From NCBI GenBank assembly GCA_964035575.1, contig OZ037835.1, forward strand, positions 1,178,001-1,242,000: a stretch of DNA of 64,000 nt, read 5' to 3'. Each line of letters opens with the position of its first letter. The stretch's first letter is position 1. The stretch comes from Rhynchopus sp. YZ270_cl-10 (taxonomy: Eukaryota). Of the stretch, positions 20,401-30,000 are shown piece by piece. The notes below the pieces were generated by a model. It was not told the DNA's origin and searched no databases. It saw only the letters and a program-made list of their open reading frames with translations. Both the position numbers and the translations under genes were made by a program.

Positions 20401-21086
20401 GTTCAGCGAGAAAACACATCAAGCTTGCTGAGCGATAAACGAAAAAAGTTGTTTTTCATTGTTTTCGTTTTATTCAGAACCGGAAGTTAGTTTCTATTTT
20501 TTTTGGTTTGTTTGCCCCCGAAAAGATTATTTTTTGATGACTGAATTTGCAGAGCACGAATTTGATGCTAATTATTTTGAGTGTTTTCGTGTAGCGTGGT
20601 TGTATGTTTTTCTAGAATGACGTTTCAGAAGCTGCTCCACTTCCACGACTTGAGACTACTGATCTGTAGACTTCTGTTACTGTATCACATGTTAGTTGTT
20701 AGTAGTGGGTGGTGTTGGCAAGCAGCTGATTTGTGTGGTCCACAGTGCAGTGTTGGATGTCGATGTGTCAGTGTCCGCACATTCCGTGTGGTGATGATTG
20801 CCATGTGAGGGAGAGTCATATTGTTTCCACCTATCGTTAAACTGCATACTTGTGATTCTCTGATCCTAATCCTTAGCAACCCTCCCAACGATTTCGAAAA
20901 AATCCCCCACCCACCCTTCTCTTTTTTTTGAAAACTTGGTTGTATTAGTACATACACCCAAGGATAAGACTTGTTTTTTAATTTGATTTTATTCCGTTCT
21001 CTTTGCCCCTCATCCCCTACATACCACATCAGGGTTTTTGCTTCCCGCCCCATTTTGCTTCCTCACCCTTTTCTCGCACCTCTAAG

Positions 21087-21938
21087 ATGAGCGGCGCGCT
21101 CTCTGTTATGGATCAGACCCGCGCTGATGTGACGATGCGTCGTGTTGTTGTTGTCGCGAAGCATACTGAGGGTGATGCCGCAGAGCACTCGCTCAGGACC
21201 GGCACCTGCCCGACACCGAGCGGTGAGGGGCTGTACGCCGCCGCTGGGGAAGCTGTCTACGAGGTAAAGAGGCAGGAACGGCGCCCCTCCTCATGGTTCA
21301 TACGGAGCACTGTGGTGCGCGAGGGCGGGCTGTGGACGTTGACGCCCTGCGACGTCACGCTTCTCCTCATGAACGTTCTGTGCACACGAGACGCACGCAC
21401 CGTACTCCCTGCGGCCGACCTTCTGGAAGGATACCCACTACTGTCCCGCCATGCCGCACGACTCAGCCTCATCTGCACTGTGCACACCGAAGGCGACGAA
21501 CGCTTCTACGAGCTGAGCACAGCGCGGTGCCTCGCGTATGCCCGCATCAAGCTGGCCCGACTGCTCTCCTGCGATGTTCTGCACAAATGGTACTCTGACG
21601 CTGCAGGGGCCGCAGCGGCAGCACCGTCCGAGAAAGAAAAGACCGTCCAGGTCCTGCACCTCCTTCATGAATACATCCCCAAAACCATCTTCGACAAGCT
21701 CTGCATCTCAATGGACGTTCCGGTGTCAGAATTCCACCGTCTGCAGGGTGTAAGCGAGCGGCACTTCCAAGCCTCCTTTGTCGAACGTGACGTGGACTTG
21801 AAGCGCAAGCGTGAAGAGGACGAAGAAGACAAGAAGAAGCGTGCCCTCTCCACCGCCTCAATGGCGGTAAAGCGAACAATGAAGCAAGGAGTACCCAAGG
21901 GGAACATGAGTATTATGTCCTTCTTCAAAAAGAAGTGA
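21087..21938 (+). CDS. RNASEH2B: Ribonuclease H2 subunit B
   Basis: SWFI-x4-V-x2-G-x-L-x3-TP-x-D motif typical of RNH2B/Ydr279. C-terminal PIP box MSIMSFF-KKK. Polypyrimidine tract and AG directly before ATG 21087. Confidence 0.8.
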   Translation: MSGALSVMDQTRADVTMRRVVVVAKHTEGDAAEHSLRTGTCPTPSGEGLYAAAGEAVYEVKRQERRPSSWFIRSTVVREGGLWTLTPCDVTLLLMNVLCTRDARTVLPAADLLEGYPLLSRHAARLSLICTVHTEGDERFYELSTARCLAYARIKLARLLSCDVLHKWYSDAAGAAAAAPSEKEKTVQVLHLLHEYIPKTIFDKLCISMDVPVSEFHRLQGVSERHFQASFVERDVDLKRKREEDEEDKKKRALSTASMAVKRTMKQGVPKGNMSIMSFFKKK

Positions 21939-22105
21939 CAAAGGGAGGGTAGGAACAGCCCCTTTTAGAATCTAGTGGATATGGATACAAGGGAATGTTT
22001 GTACCTTTTTTTTTTAAACTTTTTTGTACTTTAAGCAGTGGCAGGACATTACGTTCCTGTTCATAACTCAGCTATTTTTTTTTTCCTCTCCTCCCCCTTT
22101 TTTAT

Positions 22106-22265
22106 GCACACCACTTTGCGAGCGGAAAGTGTCAACGTCGTTCACCCTACTGTGCTCCGCAACACCACCACCCCAATAGGTGAGAGATAGTGTATGTGTG
22201 TGGAAGCGATCAACGCATCAAACAACAAGAAGGTGGGTGTGAGGGAACGACAAGGTGACACTTTT
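22106..22265 (+). repeat. ~160-bp dispersed repeat (inverted copy 38101-38260, diverged copy ~56787-56930)
   Basis: CACTTTGCGAGCGGAAAGTG...GTGTGAGGGAACGACAA is shared. Confidence 0.8.
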
Positions 22266-23060
22266 GACGCATTGTGAGTTGCTCAAATGACAGTGTGACT
22301 GAGTGTGAGGGATGCGTTCAAGAATTAAACTCTTCCCCCCAAACCCCCTTTCGTCTTTGTTTTCTTTATCCAAACGGCAAGTGGATGCGTAATAATTTTA
22401 GAATATTTTCCCCCCGGAAAATCTCACAAATAAAGTGCGCGCAGATGCTTACACAGAAACAAAGGTAATGCTACCCTTAGAGAGTGGAGATTGCAAAGTT
22501 ATGGCAACACAACCTAGGTAACTACACTAATCCAACATGGTATGAGCCAATTTTTTATCAGAAAAAAAAGAAGAAAAAAATGCAAAAGAAAATAATGAAG
22601 CCGAAAAAAAAAAAAAAAAAAAAAAAAGCAAATCCCATCGCGAACATGCTCCCCAGCACTGTTTATTAGAGTCTCAAAGAATATGAGAGAACCAAAAAAG
22701 CAACACCACGCCACCTCCCCCCTTTTTTTTAAAATTCCACACCACCGAAGCCCCTTTCTTGATCCCTTCCCCTCCCCTCCCCCCTGACCCAACCCACCAC
22801 AGAATTTTGTTTTCCTCCCCCAGACTGCAGGCGAAGAAAATTATTTAATTACATTACCCCCGCCATTTTTTTTGAAAATGGGCCCGCAGCCGGCAACTTG
22901 CCTGGCTTTCTTCATCTATTGAAAGTCACTTTATTTGTTCACACTTTGCTGACTACTCAAGGAACACTGCCCTTCAACCCTTCATTGAAAAGGACGGCAG
23001 GCTTGTCTCCACACCCCACCACCACACACAGAGATCAGAACACAAAACCACAACAAAGAC

Positions 23061-24669
23061 ATGGACCTGAACATCAAGGGTTTCGACACGAATAAGCACA
23101 CAGTCGAGGTGGGTGTGGATGACACAGTGGAGGGCTTGCGGCGGAAGGTGGCGTCTGCAATGGGGTTGCCTGAAGACGGCTTTTGCATGAGTTTCGGAGA
23201 CGAAGCGCTGGGAGAAGGAGCGGACATGACGCAGCTGAGTGCTGGTGACACAATCATCCTCACGAAGACGCAGAAGTACCAAGCCATTGCAGAGCTTCAT
23301 GCGTTGGGTGAGACAGACCTGACCGCCGAGAGGTTGAAGAGTCCCGACGGCGGACCGCCCCCCATAGCACATTTTTGCGGTGCACGGGCGTACGGGATTA
23401 GTATCTTTTTTTCGAGAGAACCCAAGAGCGGCCAGGTCCTGGACAAGTACGTTGTGCTTTTAGACCTACAAACTGTCTGGGGTGGTGGGACCTCGGGGCG
23501 AAGGGTGCTTCCCGGGACCCCAATATCCTACCACAAGGAGCTCGAGTCGTGCATGGAATGCAGGGTACTCTGAGCCGATCACTTCCACAACTCCCAGATC
23601 CCAAGACCTCCACGGGGGGCAGGCCTCCACGGCAACCCGCGACCGCCGACACCTTAGCTCCGTACTGCCTCTGTCTGTAACCTGCCGGTCCCCCACCTAC
23701 CTACGCTTTTTGTGGTGTCTTTTTACGACGGTGGACCAAGGGGCTTTGCAGTGCAGTCAACGCCGACGGAGCGAGACTCGATTGTGACCGGGTGAAAAGG
23801 GAACCTTAGCCAGCGCTAACCAGCGGCAGTTTTGACTCAGGGAGGAGTTTCTCACCGCAGACTGGCGACACACCCCCACTTTTTCGGGGTGGCTGCATTC
23901 CTCTTCGGAACGGGGTGTTCCATCCTATTTTTAAAAACGTTTATCCGCCGAGAGGTTGAAGAGTGTGGAGGATCCTGAGGTGGCGTGTTTGCTTCTGCAG
24001 GCGGAGGTTGCGACTGTCATTCCGGTTGGGTTCTTGGCACGCACTTCGTTGACGAGACTTGATCTCAGTGCTGAGTCCATTGTGACTCACATTGGAGACG
24101 GCTTCCTGGAAGGCTGCACCTCGTTGACAAGTATCGACCTCTCCGGGTTGAGCAATGTGACGCAGGTTGGTGCCAGGTTCCTTTGGAACTGCAGCAGCTT
24201 ATCTACCCTGGATTTGGCGCCACTCAGCAATGTGACGGAGGTTGATCCGGGCTTCCTTCAGTACTGCAGCAGTTTAACGACCATCGATTTATCTCCACTC
24301 AGCAACGTAACGCAGATTAATGCCAACTTTCTTTTCGCCTGCAAGAGCTTAACCGCACTCGATTTATCTCCACTCAGCAACGTGACACAGGTTGGTGTGG
24401 GCTTCCTTCGGAACTGCAGCAGCTTAGCGACCCTGGATTTGTCACCACTCAGCAACGTGACGTATATTAGTAACGGTTTTGGAGGTGCGTTTTTTGCTGA
24501 GAACTGCACTTCGTTGACGAGCATTTACCTTTCCGGCTGCAGCAGTGTTGTGTCCAACGAAGTGAGGAAGGACGAGAAGCTGAGGAAGCTTGTGGTTGAA
24601 GCACGTCCGAAACGAAGCAGAGACGAATCCCCCGAGCAAAGCCAGAAGCGACGGAGACACGCACAATGA
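23061..24669 (+). CDS. Ubiquitin-like + 25-aa LRR (BspA/TpLRR-like) protein with NLS-like tail, split by a 602-bp insertion
   Basis: Paralog of intact 60935-62071. Removing 23343-23964 restores ETDLTAERLKS-VEDPEV. Six LRRs plus cap. Confidence 0.8.
23343..23433 (+). ncRNA. Candidate HDV-like ribozyme / Pr77-type 5' signature
   Basis: Starts CCC. CCCG(A)CG pairs with CGTACGGG, followed by ATT-AGTA-hairpin-GAA-CCCAAGAGC, parallel to my recollection of the ingi/L1Tc signature. Confidence 0.5.
23343..23944 (+). mobile_element. 602-bp non-autonomous retroposon (SIDER/RIME/NARTc-like), 20-bp TSD
   Basis: TSD CCGCCGAGAGGTTGAAGAGT at 23323-23342 and 23945-23964. The site is empty in paralogs. 5' end resembles the ingi/L1Tc signature. 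Confidence 0.85.
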
Positions 24670-25093
24670 CGACGTGGTGTGTTGGTGGGAGGGCAGCACC
24701 TCCCCGAGGTGGAGGGTCTCTGGCAGTGTGTCTGCTGCGTGCTCTGGTTCGGAGAAGAAGAGGGGCACAGTCTTGCTCACCGTAGCACAGACTACTACTT
24801 GGTGCGAGAGGAGAGCTGTGCTGAGCAAGACGTTCCACACATTGTGTTCTGTTACGCTGTCTCCCCATTGTGAAGCTTTCTTTCTGTACTTCATTGGTCT
24901 CGCTACGTAACCCCCCTCTGACAATCACTCCCCCCGTCCCCTACCCCCGCCCCCCACCCCCCACCCTGGCACCTTGGTTTCCCCTCCCCCCCCGCCCCTG
25001 CCGCCTTGGTGTTTGTCAACCCCCCCCTACGTGGTGCGGCTTGTGAAGGGTCACTAGGAGTTCTTCCCCCCCGACACATATCGGCATCACAAA

Positions 25094-27001
25094 ATGTCTT
25101 CAAGCTTCGAGGAGCTGCTGAAGAAGGCCAAGGTCCTTAAGACTAAGGCAAAGTCCCCTCTCGTGCGCCAGCGGCTCATCGCGATCTTGGAGTTACTCCT
25201 CGATCTCGCCTTTGACGACGAGGACGCTGGCCCCGCCCCCGCTAAACGGGCAAGGCTGGACACGGCGCCACCCCCTACAACGAACAGCAACAGCAACAGC
25301 AACAACAACAACACCCCTACAACGAACGACGAAGACGAGCAAATGGATACCTCACCACCCAAAGAGGCTAAGAAGAAGCCCGCACCGAAGGCACCGAAGA
25401 AGAAGAACGCCTGGGTCCACGTGAAGGACACCCGGACCAACTCCTCGGCAGCAAAGAGAACGGCAGGTGCCCCGACGCAGCCCCCAGCGACGCAGGCGCT
25501 GCAACTGCGGCAGGAGGACTGGGGCATCCCCGTGAAGGTGCCCGCTGATTTTGACGGCGACGCACCACCAGCAAACGGGGTAATCCTTCTGCCCAAAGAC
25601 GCAACAGAGGCAGAGCGGATTGAGTGGGTGACCCGCTTGAAGGGCTTGGCAAAGCTGAACGGCGGAGCTTACGCGGTACTCTCCTTCAGGCCTCTGTCCG
25701 CGTCACCGAAGGAGGAGCACAAGGATCCTATGCTCTTTAGCAAAGGAGACCTGACCGTGTGCCGCGACGTGTACCTCTGGTACGTGGGAGTGCAGTCGAC
25801 GCCGAAGCTGCAGTATGCGCAAGCGGAGGTGACGGACTCCACCACCGTGATCCACGCGGTTGTCGAGAAGAAGACCCTCAGCGCCTCGACGGTCAAACTT
25901 CTGGCCGACAAGAAGACCCGCGACTCCGCCATGGCGGCGTTGGTGAAGCGTGCTACGAAGCAGCTGGATGTGGTTACTGCGCATAACCGCATATTCAACC
26001 TCTTCGACTACAAGGACCAGGCCCTGGTATCAGTGCGCGTGCCAGCGGAGAGGAAGATGGACCTGCTGCGCAGTAGTGGGAAGTACGGTGTGTTCTGGCG
26101 CACTACATCGTATGTGAAGGGAGGGTATGCAGAGCCTGTCTTCTGGTTCAAGTCCGAGGCGACGGTGAAGGATGCGCTGCGTGTGCACGAAGCGGTGAAG
26201 AGCGATGGTGTCGTTTGGTCCGGCAATCGGTACGGTTTGAGGATGAGCAGCATCGACGACCTGCCTAAGTTCCGCACAGCAGGTGGCAACTTGGCGTGCG
26301 AACCTCGTGACGAAGCGGTACAGCTGTACGAAGTGCGTGGTGCCTCTTCCACAGAGGAGGCGGATGATGTGATGCGCTCGCTGAGGACGCAGTGGGAGTG
26401 CGCCTCCCGCAAGACGTACCGATCGGGGAGGTTCTTAGTGATCATTGTCGAGAGCACGACTGCCCCCCAATGGTCGGTCTTCCGCCGCGGTAGCAAGTCG
26501 TCACTCCATGTCACACCATGCACCAAGGAGGCTCTGCGCAACAAGAAGAGCAAAGCCATGAAGTTCATCGGGACAGTGCGAAAGCAGAAGGTGACCCTCT
26601 CGATGGAGGACTTCCCGCCACTGAGCCCCGACCCCACCAATACGATCAGGGGCGTGAAGCGTTCTGCGTCCGGCCAGCCTGCGCCTACACCGACACCGGC
26701 AACAGCAGACGCTCCGACCTCCATCTTCCAAAGGCTGGGAACCGCAATGTTCTCTCTCTCACGGTCCCGGGACAGGGAGGATATGAAAGAGGACGTGGAT
26801 CTGCCTGACGCCGACTCGTCGGGGGGTGAGGAGGAGGATGCGCATGTGCACGACTGGACACAGGCGGGCACAGTGTTAGTGAAGGCAACGGACGCCACTT
26901 GTGCATGCTGTACTAGCTCGATACCGGTGTCCCACGGTGCGAAGAAGTGCCCAGGATGCGACGCACTCATCTGTGCCACGTGCTTCGGCAACAGCCAGTG
27001 A
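25094..27001 (+). CDS. LINE-B ORF1 with C-terminal Cys cluster (CxxC...CxxC...CxxC zinc finger)
   Basis: 635-aa ATG-initiated ORF ending CACC...CPGC...ICATC. Confidence 0.8.
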   Translation: MSSSFEELLKKAKVLKTKAKSPLVRQRLIAILELLLDLAFDDEDAGPAPAKRARLDTAPPPTTNSNSNSNNNNTPTTNDEDEQMDTSPPKEAKKKPAPKAPKKKNAWVHVKDTRTNSSAAKRTAGAPTQPPATQALQLRQEDWGIPVKVPADFDGDAPPANGVILLPKDATEAERIEWVTRLKGLAKLNGGAYAVLSFRPLSASPKEEHKDPMLFSKGDLTVCRDVYLWYVGVQSTPKLQYAQAEVTDSTTVIHAVVEKKTLSASTVKLLADKKTRDSAMAALVKRATKQLDVVTAHNRIFNLFDYKDQALVSVRVPAERKMDLLRSSGKYGVFWRTTSYVKGGYAEPVFWFKSEATVKDALRVHEAVKSDGVVWSGNRYGLRMSSIDDLPKFRTAGGNLACEPRDEAVQLYEVRGASSTEEADDVMRSLRTQWECASRKTYRSGRFLVIIVESTTAPQWSVFRRGSKSSLHVTPCTKEALRNKKSKAMKFIGTVRKQKVTLSMEDFPPLSPDPTNTIRGVKRSASGQPAPTPTPATADAPTSIFQRLGTAMFSLSRSRDREDMKEDVDLPDADSSGGEEEDAHVHDWTQAGTVLVKATDATCACCTSSIPVSHGAKKCPGCDALICATCFGNSQ

Positions 27002-30000
27002 CTTGAGCCGCAACACGTTAAACACGTGTCAACTACGAATCAGCAGCGACTTGTCACATCCGGTAGCGTTCACCCACACCCCGGACCCAAGAAAGCCAAG
27101 CCATCTGGCAAGACCGGTACGCACAACAACCGCACAGCCGGCCCACCAGCAGCGAAGAAACAGCGCACCGCTGCCGCCAGCACAGGACCACCTTTGTCTG
27201 CCGTACCACCTGCAAGCGAAGGCTGCATAACAGTCACCACCTGCAACGTAACATCATACGCGAACCACGCTGCCTGCACGCTTGCGTTGAACAGCACAGT
27301 GCTTTGCCTGCAGGAAGTGAAGCTGACGGAAGAAGGTGCCCGCAGGATGGAAACCGACCTCCCGCCTGTCTGGAAGCCATTATGGGGCAGACCGCAGCCT
27401 GGATACATGCTTGCAGGTATCCGCCACCCCACCATTGCGGAGAGGGGCGGTGTAGCCACACTAGTGCGCAGACCCTCGAGCGCATTCCATGACAACACGT
27501 TGACCGACATCAACTTGTTCCACGACAGGATACAGCTCACGCGTCTGGCCCTGGGGGCGGGAGGCGTGTTCCTGTATATCTTCAACGTGTACGCTCACTC
27601 AGGCTCTAAAGGAGGGAGGAAGAAGGATCGCGAGAAACTTCTGCACTGCGTCCTCAACACCATGCCTAATGCACTAGGGAAGGACGTGCCGGTGGTTGTG
27701 TGCGGTGACCTGAACACCTCTGTCTCTGCGTCGTACATTCTGCGGGAAGCGGTGAAGTCTGGGTGGACTGACGCTGCTGTGGTGCAGGCCCAAAGGCTCG
27801 GTTGTGTCCCTCCTCCAACCTTCATGCGACGCGACTCTGAAGGTACGCGGATTGACCACGTACTGCTGAATGAGGTGGCGGCCGCTGCTTTGTCCAGGTG
27901 TACGACGCACCATGTGGGAGTACCGCAGCACAGCGCTGTCACTGTGGAGCTCTCTCTTGCCGCCTTCACACAACTAGTCTACCGATTTGTTGTGCCGAAG
28001 GATCTGTCGATGGTGAAGCCTGACCTGAGTGTGCAGAGATCAGCACAATGCGCCGCTCTCCTGGCTGCGAAGGGCTTCCACGAAGCTGAAGCACGTCTGG
28101 ACGTACATGACATGTGGAATGCGGTGTCGCAGGCTAGTGAGGAGTACCTACTTCTGTGTGCGAGAGACGATGGCATCCCCACGAATCGTGGCCACCGTGG
28201 CCGTGGTGAGGTGAGGCAGCCGGTGCAGAAAACGATCGCAGCCCCGACGACGAAATACTCGACAGGTGCAGCACCCCCTCGACAGGTGGAGCTGGCCCGC
28301 CTGGCGAATATGTCTCTGGAGCTCCAGATTCAACTAAAGAGACTGGCGAATGGGGGGTTCACCGTGCTGGAGCACAAGACCTACTGCCTGTGGGCATCGA
28401 CACTCCGGAAATGCAAGGAACTGCGTGTGCGTGACCTGTCTGTGGACGAACTTCCCCTGGGCATAGCAGAGCAGCTGACGCTAGCAGCGGACCTCCACAC
28501 TTCCTCTGCGACACTGGCGAGTGACCTGGGCAGGGACAATCGAGTCTACAGGGAAAAGCAACTGAAGCTGAAGGCGGTGCACAACTTCGACGTGGACCGG
28601 AAGAAGCTCACGGCCTTCTGCAGGGGTACCCTGCCGGACGATCTGCTGGCTGTGGCTAGAAGAGACGGGACCCTGACGGCCAACGCACAAGAGATGGATG
28701 CCATCCTCCAGGAAGAGTGGAAATCTGTATTCCAGCTCTACCGCGAGTGCCCTGAACCGGAGTATGACGACTTTGATGCTGTGTTTGGGAAACATGTAGC
28801 GAAGCACAACATGGATTTGCTCCCTCTCACTGGGGAGGACCTGGACCGCGTTCTGCAGAGTAAGAAGAAGTCAGGCGCATGTGGTGTCGATGGGTGGCGC
28901 ATGGGTGAGCTGAAGCGCCTTCCTGTGGTCCTGCTGAATGCGTTTGCCACAACGTTCAACGAGATCGAAGAATCCGGCACGTGGCCTGAAGCGTTGCTAA
29001 CTGCGATCGTGACTCTCACTCCAAAGGGAGAGGGAAAGGACCCGCTGGACCACCGCCCGATCACCGTGACGAGCAGTGTCTACAGACTCTGGGCGTCAGC
29101 ACGAGTACGTAGTATCCAGAAGTGGCAAGAAACCTGGGTTCACAAGGACCAACACGGCTTCCGCCCTCGCCACGGGGCTCACAACGTCCTGTTCGACATC
29201 TGCACGCAGCTGGAAGACGCACTGTCTGGCGGAGAACCGCTGTACGGCCTGGCACTTGACTTTGCTAAGTGCTTTGACCGTGTCCCCCAGAAGCTTACCC
29301 TCGAGCTCGCAGCACGACTAGGGCTACACCCCCGCATTCTGCAGCCGCTCCGCACCATGTACGAGCAACTTCAACGTAGGTTCCAGCTTCCACTTGGCGT
29401 GGGTACCCCGTTCAGAGTGACGAACGGCATCCTCCAAGGATGCCCCATCAGCGTCGTCTTGATTAATGCGCTCGTCGCAGTGCTGCTGAAGGACCTGGAC
29501 AGCTGCAAGAACACCTGCTCACGTGCGTACGCGGACGACATCACCCTCCTGTCACGGAAGTCGATGAACAGCTTAGAGCCATGCCTGCGCATTGTGGAGA
29601 GGTTTTGTGCCATCACCGGAATGAAACTTAACGACACCAAAACCGTTGCATTTGGATCACGTGAGAGCTTCACCAGCACTCTTGTCTCGAACACAGGTCA
29701 CAGGTACAAAACACTGGTGAAGGTCAAGATCCTAGGGGTCTACCTCTACTGCTCGAAGCACTCTCGACGCTCCTCTCCGGAACGAGTCCGCAAGGCCATT
29801 GCAGCCCTGCAACGCCTACGATGTATGCCGCTGGCTTTCTACCACAAGTATAGAATTGTGTCAGAATGCATCCTCCCGGGTGCGCTGTATGAGGTCCCGT
29901 ACGCTCTGCCCTCGCAGTCTAGCTTGAAGGAACTCTCCACCGCCGTCAACACCTGCCTCTGGGGCAGTGACTATGGGACACGCGCAGGCCTCGCAATACG

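Noticed and set aside
19751..20438. ORFs over satellites and MITEs (e.g. MRCMRCV..., poly-F/K frames)
   Set aside because: Translations of low-complexity repeats, not genes.
26008..26991. 327-aa antisense ORF in LINE-B ORF1, and similar antisense ORFs such as 51556-52590 and 33034-33912
   Set aside because: Shadow ORFs of GC-rich coding sequence with no recognisable motifs.
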